DNA from: Octopus bimaculoides
Lineage: Eukaryota
Assembly: GCF_001194135.2 (NCBI RefSeq)
Contig: NC_068989.1
Coordinates: 3,974,840-4,038,839, forward strand
Reading direction: 5' to 3'
Length of the DNA: 64,000 nucleotides
The notes beneath the pieces were generated by a model that searched no databases, was not told the DNA's origin, and saw nothing but the letters and a program-made list of their open reading frames with translations. Of this stretch, positions 26,881-38,636 are shown one piece after another; the first letter of the stretch is position 1, and every line of letters begins with the position of its first letter. A program made the position numbers and the translations under genes.

Positions 26881-27294
26881 TAGGGCTAAACAGCAGTAGT
26901 ATTATTCCCTTCATGGGACTGTCACGTTAGGTTGACAGTATACAACTACTTTATCGCATCACTACTCTGAGAGATTTAGAAATTCATTATTTCTAATTTT
27001 CGTAACCAGTGAATGTATTTCACTGAAATAGTATTTCCTTACGAGAGTGAGACAGACTTCTTCACCTAGTCAGTCGTGCTACTTCAGGCCGATGACGAGC
27101 AAAGACTCAGAAACATGTCCCTGAATGCAGGCTAGGCTGGGTGGAGGAGTTTGTCTCCCCCTCGTAAGGGATAAGGGCACAGGAAATGTGTCAAGGCCTA
27201 ATAGGAAGCGGTCTGGCTTCCTAGGGCTAAACAGCAGTAGTATATTCCCTTATTGGGACTGTCACGTTAAGTTGGCAGTATACAACTACTTTAT
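26881..27294 (+). mobile_element. 341-nt unit plus about 73-nt terminal direct repeat containing a hammerhead-like motif (retrozyme or Penelope pseudo-LTR-like)
   Basis: tagggctaaacagcagtagta...gggactgtcacgtta.gttg.cagtatacaactactttat at 26881-26954 and 27222-27294 (period 341). Internal hammerhead-like motif at 27083-27125 and multiple hairpins. Confidence 0.65.
27083..27125 (+). ncRNA. Type I hammerhead ribozyme-like motif, degenerate (U4C; stem II base mismatch)
   Basis: ttcagg-CCGATGA-c gag caaaga ctc a-GAAA-catgTC-cctgaa: 6-bp stem I, 3-bp stem II, palindromic ACAUGU stem III, GUC cleavage triplet at 27117-27119. Confidence 0.65.
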
Positions 27295-27321
27295 ATATAT
27301 ATATATACGCACACATGATGA

Positions 27322-27459
27322 TTTTTTTTCAGTTTCTGTTAACGATATCTACTCACAAGGCCCGAGGCTATGGTAGGTGACACTTGCTCAAGGTGGTACA
27401 CAGTGGGACTGAACACGGAATATTCTGCCTTGAAAACAACCTGTTACCACACAGCCATG
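27322..27459 (-). mobile_element. SINE family B, 5' fragment
   Basis: ttcagtttctg...cccgaggctatggtag..gacacttgctcaaggtggtacacagtgggactgaac...ttaccacacagcca. Confidence 0.75.
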
Positions 27460-27579
27460 GAGACATTACGTTATTCTCCTCGTACCTCATCGAACGCGCT
27501 TTACATGTTTGAGCCTATGTTAACAAAAGACTAAATACTCTGTAACAGGGGTTGTTCCTCTCATCTGAATTACACGAAT

Positions 27580-27637
27580 GTGGGAGAGATGTGCCCCTGT
27601 ATCGGCAGCAGACGATACAGGGGCACATCTCACTCAT
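27580..27637. other. Hairpin with a perfect 19-bp stem and 8-nt loop
   Basis: gagatgtgcccctgtatcg (27586-27604) / gcagcaga / cgatacaggggcacatctc (27613-27631). Extends to 27580-27637 with one mismatch and G-U pairs. Confidence 0.9.
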
Positions 27638-28321
27638 CACTCTTTCATGACCCTTTCCCTGATATAAATATAGACCCACACACATACATACATTCATATA
27701 TATATATATATATATATCAGAAACTACCTGGTTACAAAGTGGGATTCTTAACCACACATCTACGCCTGTACCTTCTTAACGACACAACTATGCCTGTGCA
27801 TCTCTGTATCCATTTCCTTCTGTCCCTCATTCTCCCTTTGCTTGTACATATACGTATGATATATACACATTTATGTATTTATGGATCGAAGCTAAGGTTG
27901 CACGTCATTACTATGTGTGATTAATGTTTCCGTTTTTCTCCCAGTAGCTATGAGAGTGAAATCTCGAAATCTAGAGTAGCGATTACATAAGACCATTGGT
28001 TCGGAAAATATATATATAAAATCGATATTGTTGATACGTACTCAGTACATCTTCCTCTTGCCTGTTAACACAAGCCTATACTCATATCTAAACTCATACA
28101 TATATACTCGTGTGTGTGTTTCTGTGTGAGTATGTATCGATAGAAAGATGTAGATATATAGAAGTATACATACACATATGAATATATATTTATGTGGACA
28201 TGCGGATAGATATTTATAATGTTTCTAAGTGAAGCTGAAAACACATCACAAACTGTAACTCATTATTTCACGTAACTGTTCGTGAAATATCGTGTGCATT
28301 GAGAATATTAAAAGATAGATC

Positions 28322-28357
<36 letters not shown>

Positions 28358-29013
28358 CTGAGAAAGACAACGGACAAAGAAACAGACGGTCTGGCAAGCT
28401 TACATACAGAGAAAGAGACAGTGAGAAATGGAACAGGTTTGTATAACACGCGAGAGAAAGAATATTCAATAGATGATGTAAATCATACATTTTTGTTCGA
28501 AGGTGAAGATTTGTTCTTTTGATATTTTCAGCAGCTTGTAGACGACAACGAATATGTATTGTGAAGTAAGCTGTTATGGAAATAATCCCCCAATTATTAA
28601 TATTGATAATATTTTATGCTTCGTATCTTAGTGGCTGATAATATGATATGTCCTAATACTAATCAAATGCAGTATTGTCGAAGAACCAACCCATTGCAGT
28701 AGTAAACCTGACACATTTATGCAACCCGCGCAATGTGGAGAAGTATCATATATTAATAACAGCCGAGAAAATACTGAACAGAAACGTTGCAACAATTTTT
28801 CTGTGACAACACGAAAAATAATCTTAGTATTACACATACATTCAAATAATGTTTTATCACAACCTACAACTACGTTCACCCGCACATGCGCACACATGTA
28901 TTCATAGTTGTACATAACAATATATATACACGCATATCTATCAATCTATCTGTCTTTGTCGCCCTCACCTCCCCCTCTCACTCTCTTTCTCTACACACAC
29001 GCATATATATGGT

Positions 29014-29300
29014 ATTTATATAACCCTAAAGCTTATAGCGATCACCGTGCAATGACTAAGGAAAATAGTCTAATAATGAGGCATATAAGAAAAAAGTAGG
29101 CTTTCCTATCTACGTGAGACTCGAACCAACATCCCTTTGTTAATGCAACTAAGTGTGTTACTATTACACCAGTGAATTAGTCTGTAAAATTTATGAACTA
29201 TATTTAAGAACAATCTGTTGAGGGCTTATATGCCCCTTTATTAGACAATTTTTCTTGGTCATTGCATGGTGATCGCTATAAGCTTTAGGCATATATAAAT
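29014..29300. mobile_element. MITE-like element with 65-76-bp TIRs enclosing a tRNA-like core
   Basis: 29025-29089 versus the reverse complement of 29225-29289: 59/65 identical with no gaps; pairing continues to 29014/29300 after two mismatches. The minus-strand core has an A-box (tggtgtaatagt, 29171-29160) and a B-box (ggttcgagtct, 29127-29117). Confidence 0.8.
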
Positions 29301-29499
29301 TTAATTCTTAATCGCTGTCTTTTGAATGTTTCCTTCATCTTAATTTGACGAAGGTGTATTCGTTTTATGAACGGCCATTGTTGTTTTTTGCGTCCATGAC
29401 AATTAACCTGATTGCAGAGAGATTAATATACTGCCAATACAGTAGTGAAAACAATTTTTTTTCTTATCTTGGGAAGACTCCTAAATATTAGTTTCAACT

Positions 29500-29685
29500 T
29501 TTGGCAGAAAGCCAGCAATTTGGGGGCGGGGGTGAGTGGGGAGAGTGTAAGTCAATTACAACTGGTACTTATTTTATCGACCCCGAAAGGATGAAAGGCG
29601 GAATTTGACTTCCGAACGTGAAGGCGCAAGAATTGCTGCTAAGCATTTTCTCCTGCATGCTAACGACTCTGTCAGCTTGCCGCCC
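29500..29685 (-). mobile_element. SINE family A
   Basis: aactggtacttattttatcgaccccgaaaggatgaaagg...ctaagcatttt...gctaacgactctgtcagcttgccgcc. Confidence 0.85.
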
Positions 29686-30829
29686 AAATGACTCCCAAAT
29701 ATTACAATTTCTTTTTCCATTGCAAATTTTTTTCTACTCGGCATTTTGTGCTAAAAAAAAAGCATTCTTCATTTATGTGATTCTAACCGCATTTTTCTCC
29801 GCTTATCTCAAGAGATGAAAAATGCATTCCAGCCTTTGTCAGTTTCTTTAATCAGTAAACTACTTTCTTTATGCAATGAAATCTTTAGCATAACACTAAT
29901 GATACAAACTAATGACTCCCGCGCAGGTAATTCCAACGTCCTTCCATCTTGCCGAACATTTCTTTCCTTGAATGCGTGTATTTATAAATTACATTTCTCT
30001 CTAAGATAATAATATAAAGATACTCTTTCAAATATTTATTCGTTTCATTTGCAAATATCAAACTAGCCAAAGGCATTATGCGTAGAATATGAAGATCTGA
30101 TATCGAAAATAACACAATAATCACATCATTTGAAATAAAGAATGGGTGCTGGATATACGCCCATGGAAAGTACATCATAAGAGAATCAAATGGTAAGAAC
30201 AGCAGATTAAATGTACTGTTTTATTAAATTATGTCTCTTTAAACTTTGAGTTCATACGATGCTAGGTTTGACGTTGTTCTACATCCTGTCAGAATTGATA
30301 AATTAATAATAGCAATGCCGCGGTGCAGATGCATCCATGTATAATTCTAACTTTCAAATTTTGAGGCATCCTACATGCAAGAGAAGCCATTAATATGTCG
30401 ACGAAAATATCACCTTTAAGCTTTAAGGTGTGATATCACTAATATTGCTTTACTGAGATGATGCAGAAAATTTTACTTGGTAGGCTTCGGCAATATCATG
30501 TCAAACAATCTTTGAACATCTAATATCAACTCTGATAACTTGTGTGTATCTGAAAGAAATATGTAGCAGATATGTTTCATAAAACTTTGCCGAAAAAACA
30601 AACCACAACTGGAAATGTATGAGCATGTAGTTTGTGAAAAGCATGTCAGGTTGATGTCAAGTTTAACATGTCAGTTGCTCTGGCTACACAATGTTATGCT
30701 TGGTTACTTCGTCTCTGCATTGTCTGAATCTGCAACGACTGATTATTGGGAAACTTGACATCCTGAGATGGAGACAAATACGTCTTAATATTAACAATAC
30801 AGTGTGCCTTTAATGTCTTGGTCTTACAT

Positions 30830-31099
30830 TTTTTTCTTATTTGCTGCAGTCATTAAACTGCGTCCATGCTGGGGCACACCGTGAAAAACCTTTAGTCGAA
30901 TGAATCGACCCCAGTAGTAGGCACTTATTCTATGGGTGCCTGGTAATTATTCTATGAGTGTCTTTTGCTGAACCGCTAAGTTATGGGCACGTGAACACAC
31001 AAAACTCGGATGTCAAGCGGTGGTGTATAGCAGAAGACACTTGCCCAAGTTGCTAAGCCGTGGGACTGGACCCGGAACCATGTGGATAGAGAGCAAACT
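30830..31099 (-). mobile_element. SINE family B with internal deletion
   Basis: The 3' body (ccatgctgg..cac...tttagtcgaatgaatcgaccccag) joins directly to the head (gaagacacttgcccaag...ggaaccatgtgg...cttaccacagagccac). Confidence 0.8.
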
Positions 31100-31569
31100 T
31101 CTTACCACAGAGCCACGCCAACACCTAAAATGTAATATTTTGGTTCGTAATTTTTAATTAATAGCAACAACATAGAAGTTCTTGAGAAAATAGAAATTGA
31201 GAATATCAGACTACATACTGCAATAATCAATGAAGCAAACATAAAAGAACGAAGCGTGGAATCTAATGTTTTGTTCATTTGATATGATTTAGTGAAGGGG
31301 AAGGGGAAGGGGGTTATGGGATTGTTATACAATATTGACATTAAAAAAGCGAGTTATGCGGTTAAAAGACATCAATCATGATCAATCTCGATGACAGTTA
31401 ATTAGATAATGAAGCAAATTATGAAACATTCATTAAGGCTAATCAATCACATACAAACAGTCAATGGATTTATTACTGTAAAGAGTAGGAAGAAATGTGG
31501 TGAAGTATTTCATCCGATGCGCTACCGATTCTATCAGGTCGCTGCATTACATTCCAAACATACATATAG

Positions 31570-31985
31570 GCAAAAGCGTGAGTGTGCGGCCAAAAGTTTG
31601 CTCCCCAACCACATGGTTGCAGGTTCAGTTTCAATGCGTGGCACCTTGGACAAGTGTCTTCTATTGTAGCCACGTGCTTTGTGAGTGGACGGGACGGTCA
31701 TTTTCCTTTTCTTGCCATATATATATTACATGTAATGCAATATATATATATATATATCTATCTATGTGTATTGTCTTTCTGTTTGTCCTCCCACTACCAC
31801 TTGACAACCGGTGTTGGTGGGTTTACATCCCGTAAAGTAGCGGTTCGGTAAAAGAGACTGATAGAATAAGTAGTAGACTTTAAATAAGAAGTACCGGAGT
31901 CGATTCATTTGACTAGAATTCCAAGGCAATCCTCCAGAATGGCTGCGGTCTGATAACTGATACGATTAAACGATAAAAGATAAAA
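31570..31985 (+). mobile_element. SINE family B, near full length
   Basis: ccaaccacatggttgcaggttcagt...gcgtggcaccttggacaagtgtcttct...(TA)n...ttgacaaccggtgttgg...gcggttcggtaaaagagactgatagaataagta. Confidence 0.85.
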
Positions 31986-33989
31986 AATATATATAAATGT
32001 GGCAAAATGGCTGGAGAGGGAGACGTTGGGCCTGTGATGTTACAAGACTCCAACAGAAAACTTATTCTCTTACTGAATGCATGCCAGATTACTGCACTTC
32101 TTCGAAGGATACCAAAGCAATGGCGATACGGTGTGATAAACTTAATCTTTCAAACGCGAGACACGAAAATATGCTCTAATTAGAGAGGAATATCTTTGTT
32201 AAACTTCCCTAGTAAAGTCTACTTTGGATGGCATGTAAAAAAGTGGGATTTAGCTCTAACGTATTTTCCCTAATTACCTAATCAAACTGCCAACTTTAAA
32301 GATGAAGGAAGTGCTTTGAAGTAGATATGGTTTCTACATTATTTCGATCTTCCAGCATCACAGCTGCTAACATTGAAGCAGGGATAATTTCATAGCAAAA
32401 TGTGTTAAGTAAATTCTTTTTTGCTATTTTCAGAAAACGTAAGCTCTTTGCATCTACTCAAGTTAAATGCATCGATATTTACTGCTAATCACGGAAGGGC
32501 GAACAGCTTTAGTTATAACACAACAGTACACCCATTAAACAAATATTTTTTTCTTCTTTAGTGATTCGTAACAAACTCCCAAACATCACAAGAAATCCTA
32601 CGAAGAGAAAAAAAAAATATGCATGTATAATATCCTTTGAGGATATTCCGGTGAAATAACCCTTTCAACAAAAACACTAACGTAGATACATGGTTTCAAT
32701 GAGCGCTATCAAAAAGCGAATCATGCATGCATATATAAAAACGCTTTCATCTGATGAAATATTCGCTTATGCAGCGAGAGTAACAGATGTTCTTTTCCTC
32801 AAATATTCTTCTTCAATGACACAACAGTTATAAGAACGGTTTTACATATTTTATTCATAACAACACTGCTTCTCTCTCCACTCTATCTTTATGTATGTAT
32901 GTATTTACCCATGGATATATGTACGTACGTATGTACGTATGTATGTTCCTATATATACATGCATATATATATATATATANNNNNNNNNNNNNNNNNNNNN
33001 NNNNNNNNNNNNNNNNNNNNNNNNNNNNNNNNNNNNNNNNNNNNNNNNNNNNNNNNNNNNNNNNNNNNNNNNNNNNNNNNNNNNNNNNNNNNNNNNNNNN
33101 NNNNNNNNNNNNNNNNNNNNNNNNNNNNNNNNNNNNNNNNNNNNNNNNNNNNNNNNNNNNNNNNNNNNNNNNNNNNNNNNNNNNNNNNNNNNNNNNNNNN
33201 NNNNNNNNNNNNNNNNNNNNNNNNNNNNNNNNNNNNNNNNNNNNNNNNNNNNNNNNNNNNNNNNNNNNNNNNNNNNNNNNNNNNNNNNNNNNNNNNNNNN
33301 NNNNNNNNNNNNNNNNNNNNNNNNNNNNNNNNNNNNNNNNNNNNNNNNNNNNNNNNNNNNNNNNNNNNNNNNNNNNNNNNNNNNNNNNNNNNNNNNNNNN
33401 NNNNNNNNNNNNNNNNNNNNNNNNNNNNNNNNNNNNNNNNNNNNNNNNNNNNNNNNNNNNNNNNNNNNNNNNNNNNNNNNNNNNNNNNNNNNNNNNNNNN
33501 NNNNNNNNNNNNNNNNNNNNNNNNNNNNNNNNNNNNNNNNNNNNNNNNNNNNNNNNNNNNNNNNNNNNNNNNNNNNNNNNNNNNNNNNNNNNNNNNNNNN
33601 NNNNNNNNNNNNNNNNNNNNNNNNNNNNNNNNNNNNNNNNNNNNNNNNNNNNNNNNNNNNNNNNNNNNNNNNNNNNNNNNNNNNNNNNNNNNNNNNNNNN
33701 NNNNNNNNNNNNNNNNNNNNNNNNNNNNNNNNNNNNNNNNNNNNNNNNNNNNNNNNNNNNNNNNNNNNNNNNNNNNNNNNNNNNNNNNNNNNNNNNNNNN
33801 NNNNNNNNNNNNNNNNNNNNNNNNNNNNNNNNNNNNNNNNNNNNNNNNNNNNNNNNNNNNNNNNNNNNNNNNNNNNNNNNNNNNNNNNNNNNNNNNNNAT
33901 ATACATATATAAATGATTATATAAATACAAATGTATATATACATATATAAAACACACTCACACACATATATATATATATATATATACAT

Positions 33990-34137
33990 GGATATATGAA
34001 TACAGGACCTCACCAATATGTAATACGTAAACAAATGAGTGAAATACCCAAACAACGAGAGAGAAAAATGGAGAACAGGACAAGTAACACAAAGAATGAC
34101 CCTTCATCAGTTGTCGACAGTCTATCTGCTCCTCATA
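33990..34137 (-). repeat. Family E dispersed repeat, copy 3
   Basis: Reverse complement gaggagcagatagactgtcgacaactgatgaagggtcattctttgtgttacttgtcctgttctccattt, preceded on its own strand by (TATG)n. Confidence 0.75.
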
Positions 34138-34138
34138 T

Positions 34139-34171
<33 letters not shown>

Positions 34172-36379
34172 GCTTCTGATATTGCTTACTGGTCCTGTAG
34201 TAGCCAGCTAAATGATTAGAATATGCGCAAAAGCATTGATTATTGTTGGGAATTGAGTGTAGTTGATAATTTAATTATTGATAATTAAATTTTCTATAAT
34301 CACCACTTTTAGCCCAACTATTGTGATCTCTGTTCAAAACATTGGAAGTAATCAAATTCAATTTTTATTACTTATGTGGTCAGTGTCACTTTATAATTAG
34401 ATTATCAAATAATCACATTTTTCAACGTCATACAATGTTTTTTCTTTTTTTTTTTCTATTTTGTTCCGGAGAATTAGTTACTTGCTACTGCACCATCAAA
34501 CATTGGTGAACATTACTCCTTTGCTGATGAAGCCGAATAAGCAAGAAACTTTCTCTGTTGTTTCCCTTGTTCATATTACGATGTTAATATATTTCTGTGT
34601 TATATTAACTTCTGATCACCGTGTTAATCCTTTTTGACTAATTCCGACATTGTATGAAGGACATAATTAAAATCACACATTTATTCGTTGATTATATACT
34701 CAGCCGATCTTTGTAATTATTCTTTAGTTGATTGAGTGTTAACATATGTAATATGTTAGAAAAATGAGGAAGAACACAATTGCAGTTAATTAAAATAATC
34801 TTTTCTGTGATGAGAAACTTTATAATTAACATTAATACAATTTGATCAAAAGGACCACATAAAGTGAGAAAATTAATGTTTTATCTTGACGACTAATATT
34901 AATTTAAGTCGATCTTTCGCAAAGTTGATGAATAATCAGATGATATTTTGGCTCTAATAAGCTTCCTCAGCAATACAATGCGTCAACAAGTATTCTTTAC
35001 CAACTGCATTAAGTATATTAACGTAGGCTACGCTATTGTCTTTTATGGTTGTCTCGCTGCTTCGTTTTTAATTAATCGTTGTTATTAGGTTAAACTGTCG
35101 TATATCCAAATTTGGCCAAATGTGTGTTTCTCAATATTTGATTGATTTTGCTTGCAATAGCCGATTCTTTTGGTCAAGCTATAATATCTGCAGCTGCTTC
35201 AGATGCCAAGATACCAAAAATTGTCAAACTGCAGTACAACGGCTTTGCTATGGAATGTTGAAACTATTTTTCGTTTTCTGAAATAGCAACGTTTTAGACT
35301 TACTACGTTTTTTGCATAATAGCAACGATTTGTATCTTTTGAATACGGTGGCATAGGATAAGCAGAAGTTTTGTATAAACAATATAGTTACAGACAAACT
35401 ACAATACTCTACTATTGTACCAAAAAACCCTTCGAATTTCTCCACCCATTTTAGAAGTTTTGTCCTTGCCAGCAAAATTGTATGTTGTTTACGTCATAAA
35501 AAATTAGAAATTTCAAGTGACCTGGGAATAATTCGACTATTTCTAACCAAAAGGGTTTTTAAACCAAATCATTATTATTTATAACTTTATCTGCTTCGAG
35601 TTTCACCTTTAAAACCAAATTATTTCACGTCTCTGGAAGTTTCTAAGTCCTTTTAACTTAAACAAAATGCATTATATTTTTTTACGGCGATCTTTCTTCT
35701 GAGGTTGAACACCACCGAATTTGGCCTTGCCTTTGATACTTCTGGTAATAATTTATGTAAGCAGTAAGTACAGGGTTTCGATACAAGATGTAATATTATC
35801 CAATAAAATTGTCCAATAAAATGTCAAATAAAATGCTTGATTTTGGGTTTATGATAGCTATTAAAAGGATTATCTAAAGCAGGGAATCGGAACTTCCATT
35901 CTCTTTAATTATTAAATGCGTCAATCTACAGAATATTAGCATGAATCTTAGCCTAAATTACTGAATATCAGACAAATGCAATAAATTATAAGAGAATACA
36001 GCTATTGAACTCATACAACAGATCAGTAATTATATTCTGTTATAATGACAATGCTAGACCCTTGCTCTGTGTTGAGTGAACGAAATCTAACTAATCATGA
36101 CTACACGCATGCAGAAAACAGGTAAACATAAAATTAAAAGTAAATTAAGAAAAATAAGATAAGTAAGAATAAGAAAAGTGAAAATAGCGTTCGTGATATC
36201 AATAAATACTGTCAGACTTACTTAAGAAGAATCTACGAGGAGGCCCAATGGTGAAATACAGCATAGAAAAAAAACAGAATTTTCGTGCTTATTTCAGTGA
36301 TGGGTCAACATCCGGTCTCTACGATTTACTGAATTTATGCTCTCCTGATCGACAAATATTCTTTCTAATTTTCAACATC

Positions 36380-36544
36380 GCCAGAAAGTTTTAACAGGAT
36401 GGCACATGTCGATTACAGCAACCGCGTTGCTTGACATTTATCAGCTATGGAGGGAAACGGTATTTGAACTCAGAACGCAAAGAGTCGGAAGAATACCCTG
36501 AAGCATTTTGTCCGATGCGCTAACACTGCTGCCAACTCGTCGCC
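36380..36544 (-). mobile_element. SINE family A (decayed)
   Basis: ggtatttgaactcagaacgcaaagagtcggaagaatacc...agcattttgtccgatgcgctaac...ctgccaactcgtcgcc. Confidence 0.75.
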
Positions 36545-37481
36545 TTTCTGAACCTACAAATGTACTGACGTGTTTCACTTCGGCTACCAACGTATTAATA
36601 ACGACAACATCACGGAGTGTATATTTTTGTGGTGTGTATATTAGAGAACACTAGCTTTTGGTAAAATATCAATCAGTGATTTGATTTCATTTGTGTTGCA
36701 TGGGTGCCATTTATTGAAATTTGTAATAGTTTTGATTATTTCGCGGTAATGTAGTTGCTATTAATTTATATTTTATTAGTGCCTTTTCCACGAATTTTCT
36801 TATTTGCCTCCCCATCATGCAAACACCAAAAAAAAAAAAAATCAAACAAATAATGAAAGGGTCGCTGAAAGAATAACCTAGAATCTTTTACACCGAATGG
36901 GAATTATATTTGGCAGTGTTTAATAACGGTAAAATTAATTAGTCACCCGGTGACACTACAGTTTCAGCATTAAAGAAATTCAATACTACCAGTACTATGG
37001 TACTCTCAAGGACCATGAGTTTGCTAAATTAGATTACATTGAAGAATTTCAAAGTTCGAAAGCAAAAGAAAAGCCAGTTATTTCAATCAATGTAACATCG
37101 AAAAAATGCAATGACCAAACAGAAGTTATAAAGCAACATGACTATTTGGGAAGAGTGTGAATCCTTTACTCGTGTACTGTTGAAGTTGCAAGATTTTATG
37201 CTAAGATTCAGATCAATTTAACGATTGAGGTAATGTAAAACGGATCTTTTTCAAGAAAAACTAATGCAGACTAGTAGAGTGAAATAGCCCGCGATGTTAT
37301 GGGCATCTTCAAACAAATATTCCAAAAAAAGAAACTGTATATAATAGCACAATAGCTTTGGATGGAGCAGTAGATCCCGGTTCAGCATCAGTCACATTAC
37401 TGTTTCGTAAACTTCCTTACGCTGTTGACTAATAACGATATGTGATTTACGTTTTCAAGTCAGATCGGTGTATCCGGGTAT

Positions 37482-37520
37482 CTGATACTGAGGAAAACTA
37501 ATGAGAGCGAAATATATCAG
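37482..37520 (+). ncRNA. Relic minimal hammerhead-like motif
   Basis: ctgata-CTGAGGA-aaactaatgagagc-GAAA-ta-tatcag: perfect 6-bp stem I and both core motifs, but stem II is unpaired and stem III truncated. Confidence 0.4.
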
Positions 37521-37599
37521 CTCTGTGGCGATTATCGTTCTTTTAGATCCTTTCTGTCTTCAGCGAGGATTTTTGTATCTACATGACACATTTCACTGA

Positions 37600-37763
37600 A
37601 AAGCTGTCACACGTTCAAATATCCCCGCATGGCACCTTCTGTGAGTGTCTTCTGCCATGGTGCCGCGCCGATCAACGACTTTTAAGAGAATTTGCTACAA
37701 AGAAATATTACAGAAGCCCATCATGTGAGCGTTTGTTTGTGTGTGTTTGTGTGAGAGAGAGAC

Positions 37764-37804
<41 letters not shown>

Positions 37805-38035
37805 GAGAGTGAGTGAGTAAGTGAGCGTGTCTCTGTGTCTGCATCCGTGCCTCTTTGTGGGTACCTGTGTTCGTGTTTGTCCTCCATCCCATCGTTTCGC
37901 AACCGGTGTTCCTTAGTTTATATCCTCGTTACTTAACGTTTTGGCAAAAGTGACGACAGAGTATGTACCAGACTTCTAAAATATTACGTACAGTGTCCCA
38001 GCATGGCTGCAGAACAACGACCGAGTCAATCAAAC
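37600..38035 (+). mobile_element. SINE family B (decayed) with internal (TG)(GA) tract
   Basis: gcatggcaccttctgtgagtgtcttct... and gtttgtcctcc...gcaaccggtgtt...ttttggcaaaag...cccagcatggctgcag. Confidence 0.65.
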
Positions 38036-38477
38036 TATACAAGATGGAAGATAATAATAACATACGTATCTTAAACTGCACTCTCGTCAGTTTAATCACC
38101 TACATCTCCATCCTATACTAATAATCTGCACCATTAAGCTTATGTTAATATCCATTATCCTTAATTCCTTTCCAAATCAATTGTATTCCGATTCTTCACT
38201 GAGAATTTAAGAGAGAGAAAGAGTGCAAATCTCCGGTGTTAGTGCATTTCTGAAATTAATTCATCTACTTTGCGTCTTGCGACCTTCTGTGATACTAACG
38301 AATGAAGAAATGGAATTTTGATGAAGATAAGCTTTTATAAGTCCTTCGAATTCGTATCAAATAACTTACCTGGAAATATCATTGTAATTGCATATATGCC
38401 AATGCAATTTTTATACACACACATACATACACACACACACACACACGCACGCACACACATACATACATATGTATCTG

Positions 38478-38541
<64 letters not shown>

Positions 38542-38591
38542 CAGNNNNNNNNNNNNNNNNNNNNNNNNNNNNNNNNNNNNNNNNNNNNNNN

Positions 38592-38636
<45 letters not shown>

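Noticed and set aside
29090-29182. Functional tRNA gene (possible GCA anticodon)
   Set aside because: The acceptor, anticodon and T stems are broken and the D-loop GG is altered; treated as a tRNA-derived core.
34515-34560. Hammerhead-like CTGATGA-agccgaataagcaa-GAAAC
   Set aside because: Only 2 bp of stem II, no stem I partner and no palindromic stem III; at most a very old relic.
36990-37160. Short open frame YYGTLKDHEFAKLDYIEEFQ...
   Set aside because: No recognisable family; could not be linked to the nearby hammerhead relic as a Penelope ORF.
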